DNA of 64,000 bases from Rhodoferax sp. (GCA_041919095.1 JAYRUL010000001.1:21779-85778); one strand, 5' to 3'. Positions 1 to 9,672 are shown, counted from the first letter of the stretch. Notes: generated by a model not told the origin, from the sequence alone. A program made the numbers and translations.

Positions 1-1
1 C

Positions 2-193
2 GTTATAGACGTTTTGCTCCCGCAGTTGCTCGGCGGTTTTGCTGGCCGTGCTGGAAGGCAGGTTGGGGTCCAGCGGGGCGCGCGAGGCGGCCACTTGAAC
101 GGTTTGCAGTTGGGCGTCCATCGCCACACCTTGGGCGAAAACGGAGAAGGGAAATGCGACAGCCACAGCCAGCGCGATGCGATGCAGATGCAT
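2..193 (-). CDS. TonB-dependent receptor, N-terminal part (runs off window edge)
   Basis: Not in the ORF track. Manual translation from ATG at 193 gives MHLHRIALAVAVAFPFSVFAQGVAMDAQLQTVQVAASRAPLDPNLPSSTASKTAEQLREQNVYN: signal peptide, TonB-box-like 'QTVQVAA' and plug-start-like segment. It lies downstream of a DUF2946-type gene. Confidence 0.75.
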   Translation of the reverse strand, partial: MHLHRIALAVAVAFPFSVFAQGVAMDAQLQTVQVAASRAPLDPNLPSSTASKTAEQLREQNVYN

Positions 194-269
194 GAAAAAA
201 CTCTCGGGAAACACAGAACCAGCCGTCACCCCGCGACCAGCGGGCATCCGGCACTTTTGGAGGTTGGTG

Positions 270-629
270 TTAGCCGAGCAGTGGCGGGCCGCGCGCGGGC
301 AAAGGCGCAGCGGTTTGGGCAACCCCAACGACTGCTGGCGCACCCGGCACGACATGGGACCGCGCGGGCGCCAAGCCTTGTGGCAGAGCCGCTGGTGGCG
401 GTGGCGCCCCAATCGGCGCGCAAAGCGGACACTTCATCGCCGGATGCGACAACCCGGATGCATCATCGGTTTGCGCATCCACGATGTTCACGACCATGCC
501 TGCGCTGGTGCAGAGCTGGTGCATGTTGCTCGGCGTGAACAACGGTGCGGCAACGGCTGCGCCCAGAGACAGCACAAACCACGCCAAGACCAGGCGGGCT
601 ATCAAAGTGCTACGGCGCAAGAATTGCAT
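270..629 (-). CDS. DUF2946-family (CruR/CutF-like) leader protein
   Basis: N-terminal hydrophobic segment, 'LCT..G', CPLC motif, Pro-rich tract and C-terminal RGPP, located upstream of a TonB-dependent receptor. Confidence 0.85.
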   Translation of the reverse strand: MQFLRRSTLIARLVLAWFVLSLGAAVAAPLFTPSNMHQLCTSAGMVVNIVDAQTDDASGLSHPAMKCPLCAPIGAPPPPAALPQGLAPARSHVVPGAPAVVGVAQTAAPLPARGPPLLG

Positions 630-712
630 GGCACCATTATGGCTTTCGTTTCGTTGGCGACCTTAATGCAAGTCAAATTTTTGTTGCGGTGCATGATTTA
701 TTGGATTGGCCC

Positions 713-1333
713 ATGACCCATTACACGTTTCTCTCGGCGACCATCCTGCTGGTACTGATCACCGATCCGGTGGGCAACATCCCCATCTTCGCCAACGCAT
801 TGCGCCATGTTGCGCCCGAACGCCGGGCGCGGGTCATCCTGCGCGAGATTTGCATCGCTTTCGTCCTGCTGCTGGCGTTCATGTTTGTCGGAGAAGGTTT
901 CCTGCGCATCATGAACTTGAGTGAGCTGTCGCTGCAGATCGGCGGCGGCGTGATCCTGTTCCTGATCGCGTTGCGTATGGTGTTCCCACCCCCGGCCAAC
1001 CCGAGCGACGACGCGGCCGACGCACACAACGTGGAGCCTTTGATCGTGCCCCTGGCCGTACCGGCGATCGCGGGTCCATCGGCGTTGGCCACGGTACTGC
1101 TCTTGGTTTCGCAGCAACCCGAACGCCGTCTGGAGTGGGTCGGCGCCCTGTGCCTGACCATGCTGGTGAGTGCCGTGGTACTGGTATCGGCCGAGCGGAT
1201 TCAGCGCGTGGTAGGCAGCCGCATGGTGACGGCGATTGAGCGTCTGATGGGTCTGGTGCTGGTGTCGGTAGCGATCGAGATGATGCTGCGCGGCATCAAG
1301 ACTTATGTGCTGCAGATTGCCAGCGCGGCCTAG
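713..1333 (+). CDS. MarC family membrane protein
   Basis: 'ITDPVGNIP', 'VPLAVPAIAGP', 'ERLMGLVL' motifs and multiple TM helices. Start reassigned to ATG 713. Confidence 0.9.
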   Translation: MTHYTFLSATILLVLITDPVGNIPIFANALRHVAPERRARVILREICIAFVLLLAFMFVGEGFLRIMNLSELSLQIGGGVILFLIALRMVFPPPANPSDDAADAHNVEPLIVPLAVPAIAGPSALATVLLLVSQQPERRLEWVGALCLTMLVSAVVLVSAERIQRVVGSRMVTAIERLMGLVLVSVAIEMMLRGIKTYVLQIASAA

Positions 1334-1430
1334 AACCCGGACCTGTAAAACTCTGTAACGGCGTCAGCGCCGCGCGTGGGCATCGCGTTGGTACAGGGCA
1401 GCGATTGGTTCTGCACACATGCTTGAAGAT

Positions 1431-1814
1431 ATGAACAAGACTCTTGCCGCTTTGATTTCGACTCTGGTTATGACCGGCGCTTTTGCCCAGACACCTGCGA
1501 CCTCAACGGCAACTCCGGCCGCCACTGCCGCTCCAGCTACCACTGCCCCTGCCAAGTCTGCTGCACCTGCAGCGACCGAAGCCCCCAAGACAGCGGTAAC
1601 CACTGAAGTAGCGAAAACCTCTGATGCTGCGCCCAAGGACAAAGCGATGGCCCCCAAGCAGAAGACCAAGGCTGAAAAGGTGAAGGCACCCAAGCCTGCA
1701 CCGAGCGTTGCGCCAGAAGCCCCCAAGGCAGCCGCGCCCGCAACACCCGCTGCACCGGCCACCCCTGCGGCACCCGCAAAACCCGCTACACCGGCCGCCT
1801 CGGCGAACAAATAG
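1431..1814 (+). CDS. Small exported Ala/Pro/Lys-rich protein
   Basis: Signal peptide MNKTLAALISTLVMTGAFA, low-complexity PAA/PK repeats, followed by a terminator. Confidence 0.75.
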   Translation: MNKTLAALISTLVMTGAFAQTPATSTATPAATAAPATTAPAKSAAPAATEAPKTAVTTEVAKTSDAAPKDKAMAPKQKTKAEKVKAPKPAPSVAPEAPKAAAPATPAAPATPAAPAKPATPAASANK

Positions 1815-1829
1815 TTGGTAGTCTCCTTG

Positions 1830-1854
1830 CAAAGCCCCGCCTTGCGGGGCTTTG
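1830..1854. terminator. Bidirectional rho-independent terminator
   Basis: caaagccccgc-ctt-gcggggctttg hairpin between convergent genes. Confidence 0.8.
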
Positions 1855-1858
1855 TTGT

Positions 1859-2881
1859 TTACGCCTTGGAAGGCACCACTTCCTGTTCGATTGCCCCGAA
1901 AACGCTGCTTCCGTCCAGGCCCAGCATCTCGATGCGAATCGTGTCGCCATAACGCATATAGGGGGTACTGGCCTGGCCGTCCTGCAGTATTTCCATGGCA
2001 CGTCTTTCGGCAATACAACTGTAGCCCTTGGGCCATTCGGTGCGGGCCTTTTCTCCCCGCCCCTGGGTCACCCCAGGGTTGCTGACCGTACCCGATCCCA
2101 CGATGGAACCCGCGCGCACGTTGCGCGTCTTGGCCAGATGGGCAATGAGTTGGCCAAAGTGAAAGATCATGTCCGGCCCGGCATCGCACAGGCCGACCTT
2201 GCGCCCATTCCAGGTGCTTTGCAACGGCAAATGCACACGCCCTTTGATCCAGGCCGCGCCCAGCTCGTCGGGCGTGACGGCAACGGGACTGAACGCAGTG
2301 GCCGGTTTGCTCTGCACAAAACCGAAACCCTTGGCCAGTTCGTCCGGAATCAGGTTGCGCAAGGTGACGTCATTGGCCAGCATGAGCAGGCGCACGCCAT
2401 CCAGCGCACGCTCTGGGTTGCTACTCATCGGAATGTCGCCGGTAATGACCGCCACTTCCGCTTCAAAGTCAATGCCCCAGTTCTCGTTAACACAGACGAT
2501 GGGGTCACATGGCCCCAGAAAGTCGTCACTGCCGCCCTGGACCATCAAGGGGTCGGTATAAAAGTTCGCTGGTACTTCGGCACCGCGCGCCTGGCGCACC
2601 AGTTCGACGTGATTGAGGTACGCCGATCCATCTACCCACTGGTAGGCGCGCGGCAAGGGGGCCATGCATTGGCGTGGGTCCCAGGCAAATGCGTGGCGGG
2701 CACGTCCGGCGTTGAGTGTGTCCGACAGGTCTTGCAACTGTGGTGACAGGTAGTTCCAGTCGTCCAGCACCTGTTGCAAGCAATTGGCAATATGCGTGGC
2801 GTAGTGCGCCTGGGTCAAGTCTCGAGAAACGACCACGAGCTGGCCGTCGCGCGAACCGTCTTGGAGGGTGGCGAGTTTCAT
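1859..2881 (-). CDS. Fumarylacetoacetate hydrolase family protein
   Basis: 'MKLATL..GSRDGQL', 'IDFEAE', 'LANDVTLRN', 'GSGTVSN' motifs. Confidence 0.9.
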   Translation of the reverse strand: MKLATLQDGSRDGQLVVVSRDLTQAHYATHIANCLQQVLDDWNYLSPQLQDLSDTLNAGRARHAFAWDPRQCMAPLPRAYQWVDGSAYLNHVELVRQARGAEVPANFYTDPLMVQGGSDDFLGPCDPIVCVNENWGIDFEAEVAVITGDIPMSSNPERALDGVRLLMLANDVTLRNLIPDELAKGFGFVQSKPATAFSPVAVTPDELGAAWIKGRVHLPLQSTWNGRKVGLCDAGPDMIFHFGQLIAHLAKTRNVRAGSIVGSGTVSNPGVTQGRGEKARTEWPKGYSCIAERRAMEILQDGQASTPYMRYGDTIRIEMLGLDGSSVFGAIEQEVVPSKA

Positions 2882-2967
2882 GGCGGCATTGTCGCCCGGA
2901 ACCATTCATTTACACTGCACCAACGCCCGACACCCCCGAGCGATGCCGGCCCCCGCCGCTGCGGACC

Positions 2968-4083
2968 ATGTCACCCGATTCCACGGTTCCCATCTTGTCG
3001 AATTCCCCTTCGCGATGGCGTTTCGCCACGATCGCGCTCGCCGTGGCGTTCGCCCATGGCGCGGTGCTGTACGCAGCCCCCCAAACCGCAGACCCCTCTC
3101 CTACACCTTGGCGTTTTTTCACCGCCACGGTGCACGGCACGCCAGCCATTGCGCCGCCTGACCCGCAGTTGGAAGCCCCTACAACCACCCGTGCTGCGGC
3201 ACCCCGTCAACGTCGCCCAACCGAATTTTCAGCACGGAAAAGCGCTCCAGAGCACACGGACCAAGCGCAAAAAGCTATTGTTTTTATAGCTGAAACCGCC
3301 TCTTTGCCAGCCCCCACGCCAGATCCGCTGGTTGCCCAGGAGCAACCCATCTTGCAGGTGGCCATGGCCGCGACTGAAAAGGATCCAGCGCTGCCCATGC
3401 AGACCAGTGCGAGCGACTCGCCGGCGCCAGCGCCGACGCCGCGGGTGGTGCTGCCGCCCCCGGCACGTCTGCATTACGACGTCAAAGGCGAAGTCAAAGG
3501 CTTTCCGTACCAGGTCCAAGGAGAGCTGCTGTGGGCGACCGACCAAAAAACCTACCATGCCCGCCTGGAAATGCGCCATTTCTTGCTCGGTTCGCGGGTA
3601 CAGACCAGCACCGGCAGCGTCGGCCCCCAAGGACTGGAGCCGACCCGCTTTGGCGACAAGGTTAAAAGTGAAGTAGCTGCTCACTTTGTTCGAGACAAAG
3701 GTAAGATCAGCTTTAGCGCCAACACGCCGGATGCCCCGCTGCTCGCAGGCGCGCAAGACCAATTGAGCGTACTGATTCAAGTGGCCGGACTGGTGGCAGC
3801 GCAGGGTGAGCGCCTGGGCAGCGGAGCGGTCTTCCCGTTCCAGGCCGTCGGCCCGCGTTCCGCCGAGACCTGGAAATTCACTGTTGCCGGCATCGAAAAC
3901 CTCACACTGCCCGGTGGCGCTGTGCAGGCACTGCGCTTGTGGCGTGATCCGGTCGGGGAATACGACCCCAAGCTGGAGATCTGGCTGGCCCCCGCGCAGG
4001 GCTATCTCCCGGTACGCATCCGGCTCACCCAGCGCAACGGCGATTTTGTCGACCAGCAATGGCGGGAGACAGCACAACCCTAG
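2968..4083 (+). CDS. DUF3108 domain protein with Pro-rich N-terminal linker
   Basis: N-terminal TM helix, Pro-rich linker, 'GAQDQLS', 'EIWLAPAQGYLPVRIR'. Start is uncertain. Confidence 0.8.
   Translation: MSPDSTVPILSNSPSRWRFATIALAVAFAHGAVLYAAPQTADPSPTPWRFFTATVHGTPAIAPPDPQLEAPTTTRAAAPRQRRPTEFSARKSAPEHTDQAQKAIVFIAETASLPAPTPDPLVAQEQPILQVAMAATEKDPALPMQTSASDSPAPAPTPRVVLPPPARLHYDVKGEVKGFPYQVQGELLWATDQKTYHARLEMRHFLLGSRVQTSTGSVGPQGLEPTRFGDKVKSEVAAHFVRDKGKISFSANTPDAPLLAGAQDQLSVLIQVAGLVAAQGERLGSGAVFPFQAVGPRSAETWKFTVAGIENLTLPGGAVQALRLWRDPVGEYDPKLEIWLAPAQGYLPVRIRLTQRNGDFVDQQWRETAQP
3226..3290 (+). repeat. Degenerate GCTAT-N7-ATAGC dispersed repeat, in frame within the DUF3108 gene
   Basis: gctat-tgttttt-atagc at 3274-3290. 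The upstream 36 nt align without gaps to the copies at ~41.85 and ~50.76 kb. Confidence 0.6.
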
Positions 4084-4147
4084 GGCGCACACTCTTGTTT
4101 TTCCGTGCCGCGCACCCATTTGCGATACAGGCTCTATCATCAAGCGT

Positions 4148-4462
4148 ATGCAAACCCTCTACGACTCCGACACCTATTGCGTGCTGCACCTACTGGCCAA
4201 CGCCGACCAGGACGCCATGCCGTTGCTGGGTATGGCGACAACCGATGGCCGCAACAGCGCTTCGCCTTTGGTCATGGCGCGTCACGGCTTTGAAATCGTG
4301 GACAAACGTACCGGCAAAGAGGTCTACCTGGATGGGTCCTGGGCCGAAATGTTCCAAAAGCACATCCGGGACTGGCAGACCAATACACCCACCCAGGAAG
4401 AGGTTGAAGACACGCTGGAGCGCTACGCCGTATTGGCCCACACTCCGGTGGTGGTTCATTAA
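4148..4462 (+). CDS. DUF3567 / BTH_I0359-family protein
   Basis: 'MQTLYDSDTYCV', 'HGFEIVDKRTGKEVYLDGSWAEMF', 'PTQEEVEDTL'. Confidence 0.8.
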   Translation: MQTLYDSDTYCVLHLLANADQDAMPLLGMATTDGRNSASPLVMARHGFEIVDKRTGKEVYLDGSWAEMFQKHIRDWQTNTPTQEEVEDTLERYAVLAHTPVVVH

Positions 4463-4542
4463 TCGCCGCCGCCACAAGAAGCGGCTTCGCTGCGCGCAAA
4501 CCAACCGTCTTGCATCAAAAATCAATTTCTCGAAAGTTTGCC

Positions 4543-4908
4543 ATGAGCCACCTTGATATTCCTGCCTGCCAACAGCAACTGCACGCCATGCGCAAGTCCT
4601 TGCTGGACCAGATCGCCCAGCAGCGCGGTGGTGTGGTGCCCCGCGCCGAGGTTGCTGCAGACCATTACAACCATCCCGAGGACTCCGGTGCGCAGCTGGC
4701 CACCGAACGCGAGCTGGAGTTTGCCCTGGGCGAACGCGAGCTGGCCGAACTCGACGCCATCGACAAAGCCTTGGCCCGCGTGGAAGCAGGCACTTATGGC
4801 GAATGCACTGACTGCGGCACCCGCATTGCGCCAGCCCGACTGCATGCCACGCCGGAAGCCGCTCGCTGCATCCACTGCCAGGAAAAGCACGAGCACCAGC
4901 ACACGTGA
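4543..4908 (+). CDS. TraR/DksA C4-type zinc finger protein
   Basis: 'GTYGECTDCG..I...RL.ATPEA.RCIHCQ' motif. Confidence 0.9.
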   Translation: MSHLDIPACQQQLHAMRKSLLDQIAQQRGGVVPRAEVAADHYNHPEDSGAQLATERELEFALGERELAELDAIDKALARVEAGTYGECTDCGTRIAPARLHATPEAARCIHCQEKHEHQHT

Positions 4909-4992
4909 TCGACGCAGCGCGGTAGCAGCGCGCTCCCTTCGGCATGCGCGCTGCCCCAACGCACGACCTACATGCGCGACAATCGTCGCACC

Positions 4993-5841
4993 ATGAGTTC
5001 GTCTTACATCCTTACCCTGTCGTGCCCAGACCGCCTGGGGCTGGTGCATGCCGTGTCCGGCTTCTTGCTGGAACGCGGTGGCAATATTGAAGAAGCCGCC
5101 CAGTACAACGACCACGACACCGGTCTTTTCTTCATGCGCGTGCAGTTCAGCTGCGGTCAGCTCACCCAGGCCGACCTGCACACGGCACTGAAGCACTTTG
5201 CGTCCGGCTATGCCATGCAATGGAGCCTGCATGCCACGGCGGAACCCATGCGCACGGTGCTGCTGGTCAGCAAGGAAGGGCATTGCCTCAACGACTTGCT
5301 GTTTCGCTGGAAGAGCGACCTGCTGCGCCTGGACATTGGAGCCATCATCTCCAACCACCGCGACTTCTACCAACTTGCTGCTAGCTACAACGTACCGTTC
5401 CACCACATTCCGGTCACGTCCGACAACAAGGTCCAGGCCGAAGAACGTCAAGCCGAGATCATCGAGAGCGTAGGTGCCGAACTGGTGGTGCTGGCGCGCT
5501 ACATGCAGATCTTGAGCGACGGTTTCTGCAAAAGGCTGGCCGGGCGCGCCATCAACATCCACCACAGTTTTCTGCCGAGCTTCAAGGGCGCGCGCCCCTA
5601 CTACCAGGCACATGACCGCGGCGTGAAACTGATCGGCGCCACCGCCCACTATGTGACGGCCGACCTGGACGAGGGTCCGATCATCGAGCAGGATGTGGCC
5701 CGCGTGGACCACAGCCTGACGGTGGAAGACCTCACCGCCATCGGTCGCGATACCGAAAGCCAGGTGCTGGCGCGTGCCGTCAAGTGGCACAGCGAGCACC
5801 GCGTGCTGCTAAACGGCCACAAGACGGTGATCTTCAAGTAG
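4993..5841 (+). CDS. purU: Formyltetrahydrofolate deformylase
   Basis: ACT domain plus 'INIHHSFLPSFKGARPY' and 'DLDEGPIIEQ'. Confidence 0.95.
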   Translation: MSSSYILTLSCPDRLGLVHAVSGFLLERGGNIEEAAQYNDHDTGLFFMRVQFSCGQLTQADLHTALKHFASGYAMQWSLHATAEPMRTVLLVSKEGHCLNDLLFRWKSDLLRLDIGAIISNHRDFYQLAASYNVPFHHIPVTSDNKVQAEERQAEIIESVGAELVVLARYMQILSDGFCKRLAGRAINIHHSFLPSFKGARPYYQAHDRGVKLIGATAHYVTADLDEGPIIEQDVARVDHSLTVEDLTAIGRDTESQVLARAVKWHSEHRVLLNGHKTVIFK

Positions 5842-5930
5842 CGCGCCAGGGCAGCAGAGCGTTCTGCTCCGTGTCCCCCGGCCTTCGGCCTCCTCCTTTA
5901 CCTGCGCAGCACGCTCTGCCGCCCTGGCTT

Positions 5931-6770
5931 TTACTGGGCCATCGCCTCACCCATGCGAATGGGCCGTGCAGGCTGCCATTCGGCGTTGAACTGCATGGGT
6001 ACTTTGGGGAACAGCATCACCACGGTGGAACCGAGCAAGAAGCGCCCCATTTCTTCACCCTGGCGCAAGCGGACCGCTCCTTCGTCATAGCGGCGTTCCC
6101 ACAGGCGTCCGGGACGCGGCGGGTTTACCATGCCGTGCCACACGGTGGCCATGCTACCCACAATCGTCGCGCCCACCAGCGTGAGCACGAAAGGGCCGTG
6201 GGCCGAATCGAACACGCACACCACGCGCTCGTTGCGCGCAAACAGCCCTGGCACCCCGCGCGCCGTGGTCGGGTTGACCGAGAAAAGGGCACCCGGCACA
6301 TAGATCATGCGCCGCAACACGCCGTCGCAGGGCATGTGGATGCGGTGGTAGTCCTTGGGGCTGAGGTACAGGGTAGCAAAGTGGCCGTCTTCAAATTGCG
6401 CAGCCAACTGGGCATCTCCACCTACCAGCGCGGTCGTGGAGTAACAGTGCCCCTTGGCCTGGAAGATCTGGTCTTGGGCGATGGACCCGAACTGGCTAAT
6501 CGCGCCGTCCACCGGACACACCCATTTCGCTTGCGCCAACGGTCGTGCCCCCGGCTTCAATGACCGGGTAAAAAAGGCGTTGAAGGTGGGGTAGCTGGCC
6601 AAGTCGGGGTTTTCCGCCTCGGCCATGTTCACCTGGTACCGATTGGCAAACCAACGGATGAAGGACCGGGTCGCGCCCCCGGCTTCGGCACGGGCAAAGC
6701 GGCCGGCCAACGCGGTCAAGGCTTGCTTGGGAATCAGGTACTGCGGCAAAACCGCCAGAGCGTCGGACAT
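5931..6770 (-). CDS. psd: Phosphatidylserine decarboxylase proenzyme
   Basis: 'FNAFFTR', 'YLSPKDYHR', 'NERV' and LGST autocleavage motif. Confidence 0.95.
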   Translation of the reverse strand: MSDALAVLPQYLIPKQALTALAGRFARAEAGGATRSFIRWFANRYQVNMAEAENPDLASYPTFNAFFTRSLKPGARPLAQAKWVCPVDGAISQFGSIAQDQIFQAKGHCYSTTALVGGDAQLAAQFEDGHFATLYLSPKDYHRIHMPCDGVLRRMIYVPGALFSVNPTTARGVPGLFARNERVVCVFDSAHGPFVLTLVGATIVGSMATVWHGMVNPPRPGRLWERRYDEGAVRLRQGEEMGRFLLGSTVVMLFPKVPMQFNAEWQPARPIRMGEAMAQ

Positions 6771-6835
6771 GGCGGCTCCTGGGAAGGGGTTGGGCTCACA
6801 AGCACGTGAGAATGGCGCGCGATTATAGTGAGGGC

Positions 6836-7774
6836 ATGGCAAGCGCATCCCCCAAGACGGTAGACACCGGTGCCCGTACGCCCAGCGCCGCTACGGGCCG
6901 CATTCCCCCCATCCAATGCCTGCTGACATTTGAGGCCCTGGCGCGCCTGCGCAGCGTGACCCAGGCGGCTGAAGAGCAGTGCGTAACCCCCAGCGCCGTA
7001 AGCCACCGGGTGCGTCAGCTGGAGGAGATTCTGGGCACCAAGCTCTTTGGCCGGGCCGACTTCTCACTCACCGTGGAGGGCAGCGAGTACCTAGCCCATG
7101 TGCGCGAGGGGCTGGCCAGTTTGCAGAAATTTCCATCTGCAGCCACCGTGCCCGGCAAGCGCAAGCTGCGCCTGGCTGTCACGCCCACGTTTTCGCGCTC
7201 CATCCTGATCCCACGGCTGCGCCAGTTCACCGATGCCTACCCTGAGATCGACCTTACGTTGCAGGTGTCCATTCCGTTGCTGGACGTGGTGGCAGAAGAC
7301 GCCGACCTGATGGTGCGTTTTGGCCCGGGTCGCTACGCCGATCTGGAGCATGTCTGCCTGCTGAAGGATGAGGTCATCCCCCTGGCCTCACCCGCCTTTG
7401 TGCGCGAGCACGGCCCGTTTGAGGTGGCCGAAGATTTGCAGGGCTTGCCGCTGCTGCGCAGTCCGCTTGAACCCTGGCGCACGTGGCTTGCGGCCAACGG
7501 ACTGGATTGGCCCGAACCGGTGGAGGGCTCCCAGTTCAATGATATCGGTCTGATGTGCGACGGCGCTGCAGCAGGCATGGGCGTGGCATTGGTGCGCCTC
7601 AAGCTCGGCGCGCCGTGGCTGGAGCACGGCTCGCTGGTGCGCCTGGGCACCAGTGCCGCCTTTGCGAAGGCGTTGCCCAGTCCGCACGCACACTACCTGT
7701 GCTGGCGCACCGGTGTCATGGACCGCTGGGAATGCGCAGCTTTTGCGCAGTGGCTGAAGACCGCCGTTGCCTGA
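6836..7774 (+). CDS. LysR-family transcriptional regulator (GcvA-like)
   Basis: HTH 'VTPSAVSHRVRQLE' plus substrate-binding domain. Confidence 0.9.
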   Translation: MASASPKTVDTGARTPSAATGRIPPIQCLLTFEALARLRSVTQAAEEQCVTPSAVSHRVRQLEEILGTKLFGRADFSLTVEGSEYLAHVREGLASLQKFPSAATVPGKRKLRLAVTPTFSRSILIPRLRQFTDAYPEIDLTLQVSIPLLDVVAEDADLMVRFGPGRYADLEHVCLLKDEVIPLASPAFVREHGPFEVAEDLQGLPLLRSPLEPWRTWLAANGLDWPEPVEGSQFNDIGLMCDGAAAGMGVALVRLKLGAPWLEHGSLVRLGTSAAFAKALPSPHAHYLCWRTGVMDRWECAAFAQWLKTAVA

Positions 7775-7820
7775 ACCGCGTCCCAGTGCGAAAGATTCTG
7801 GTTCGGTTGCCCTTCAATTC

Positions 7821-7887
7821 GCTATTATTTTTATAGCTGCTTACGCTTATCTCATAAGGCCTAAAGGTCGAAATGATCACTATTTTT
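7821..7887 (-). repeat. GCTAT-N7-ATAGC dispersed repeat (intergenic)
   Basis: gctat-tattttt-atagc-tgcttacgc...; the reverse complement matches 'gcgtaagcagctat' of the 50.8 kb copy. Confidence 0.7.
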
Positions 7888-8029
7888 GCGAGTTAGCTTC
7901 CCAGCCGCCGTGGGGCCATCAGCCAGTCCGGGCCGGGCACTTTTCACGTCTGGCGTTCAATTTCTTCACACCCGCCCTCAAGGCTTTGGCGTACAGTGAT
8001 CGACACCTATTCCTTTTGCGCCCATTGCC

Positions 8030-9526
8030 ATGACCCAGCCTACCAACTCCATTGACAGTGCCACCCGCGCCGCAAGGCAGGAACAGGTGTTGGACGCCCT
8101 GCGCGAGCACCTGCCCGAGGACGCCCTGCTGTGGCACCGCGAGGATGTCACGCCGTACGAGTGTGACGGGCTGACGGCCTACCGCCAGCGTCCGCTGGTG
8201 GTGGCACTGCCGGAGTCTGAGGCCCAAGTGGCTGCAGTTCTCAAGGCTTGCCACCGCCTGGGCGTACCGGTCGTCGCCCGTGGGGCAGGTACTGGGCTCT
8301 CCGGTGGTGCCCTGCCCCATGCCATGGGGGTGACCCTGTCACTGACCCGTTTCAACCAGATCGTGCGCATTGATCCGGTGAGCCGCACCGCCGTGGTGCA
8401 ATGCGGCGTGCGCAACCTGGCCATCAGTGAAGCGGCTGCACCGTACGGCCTGTACTACGCACCCGACCCGTCCAGCCAGATCGCTTGCACCATTGGCGGT
8501 AACGTGGCGGAAAACTCGGGCGGTGTGCACTGCCTCAAGTACGGATTGACGCTGCACAACGTGCACAAGGTGCGTGGGTTCACCATGGAGGGCGAGCCCA
8601 TCACATTCGGATCGGACGCACTGGACAGCCCGGGCTACGAATTGCTCAGCCTGGTCGTGGGCAGCGAAGGCATGCTGGCGGTGATCATCGAAGTGACCGT
8701 CAAACTGGTTCCCAAACCGCAGCTGGCGCGCTGCATCATGGCCAGCTTTGACGACATGCGCAAGGCAGGCGACGCCGTGGCCGGCATCATTGCCGCGGGC
8801 ATCATTCCGGCCGGTCTGGAGATGATGGACAAGCCCATGACCGCGGCGGTGGAAGACTTCGTGCACGCCGGCTACGACCTGAACGCCGAGGCGATCCTGC
8901 TGTGCGAGAGCGATGGCACGCCCGAGGAAGTGGAAGAGGAGATTTCCCGCATGAACGAGGTGCTGCGCGGCTTTGGTGCCACGGCAATTGCCGTGAGCCG
9001 CGACGATGCCGAGCGCCTGCGCTTCTGGAGCGGACGCAAGAACGCCTTTCCAGCCAGCGGGCGCATCAGCCCCGACTACATGTGCATGGACTCCACCATA
9101 CCCAGAAAACGCCTGGCCGACATCCTGCTGGCCATTCAGGAGATGGAGAAGAAGTACCAGCTGCGCTGCGCCAACGTGTTCCACGCAGGCGACGGCAACC
9201 TGCACCCGCTCATCCTGTTCGATGCGAACGACGCCGACCAGCTGCGCCGCTGCGAGCTATTTGGTGCCGAGATCCTGGAAACCAGCGTCGCCATGGGCGG
9301 CACGGTGACCGGCGAGCACGGTGTGGGCATCGAGAAGCTCAACAGCATGTGCGTGCAGTTCAGCCTGGAGGAAAACGCCCAGATGCTGGCGCTCAAGCAC
9401 GCCTTCGATCCTGCGGGGCTGCTCAACCCCGGCAAGGTCATTCCCACCGCGCAGCGCTGTGCCGAATACGGCAAGATGCTGGTGCGTGGCGGTCAGCTCA
9501 GCCACCCGGGGTTGGAGCGGTTCTAG
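8030..9526 (+). CDS. glcD: Glycolate oxidase FAD-linked subunit GlcD
   Basis: 'RGAGTGLSGG', 'APDPSSQIACTIGGN', 'HAGDGNLHP', 'GEHGVG', 'LNPGK'. Confidence 0.9.
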   Translation: MTQPTNSIDSATRAARQEQVLDALREHLPEDALLWHREDVTPYECDGLTAYRQRPLVVALPESEAQVAAVLKACHRLGVPVVARGAGTGLSGGALPHAMGVTLSLTRFNQIVRIDPVSRTAVVQCGVRNLAISEAAAPYGLYYAPDPSSQIACTIGGNVAENSGGVHCLKYGLTLHNVHKVRGFTMEGEPITFGSDALDSPGYELLSLVVGSEGMLAVIIEVTVKLVPKPQLARCIMASFDDMRKAGDAVAGIIAAGIIPAGLEMMDKPMTAAVEDFVHAGYDLNAEAILLCESDGTPEEVEEEISRMNEVLRGFGATAIAVSRDDAERLRFWSGRKNAFPASGRISPDYMCMDSTIPRKRLADILLAIQEMEKKYQLRCANVFHAGDGNLHPLILFDANDADQLRRCELFGAEILETSVAMGGTVTGEHGVGIEKLNSMCVQFSLEENAQMLALKHAFDPAGLLNPGKVIPTAQRCAEYGKMLVRGGQLSHPGLERF

Positions 9527-9672
9527 CGAACGGGGTACAACCGCGAGCCGGTTGGACGTGATCTGGGCGTGGGATGAGCCGATCAAGACAACTCCCACCC
9601 ACATGGGTTGACGCCAATGCCTTCCCAAACCAGAAATCGGGTGGATCATGCACTGTCCACCAAAGGGTTTCG

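Noticed and set aside
663-676. FNR-like box TTAAT-gcaa-GTCAA between the DUF2946 and MarC genes
   Set aside because: Two mismatches from consensus in an AT-rich spacer; too weak.
4522-5799. 425-aa minus-strand ORF and similar long antisense ORFs over atpD, atpA, pyk, purC and the MaoC-pta gene
   Set aside because: They overlap well-supported housekeeping genes on the opposite strand.
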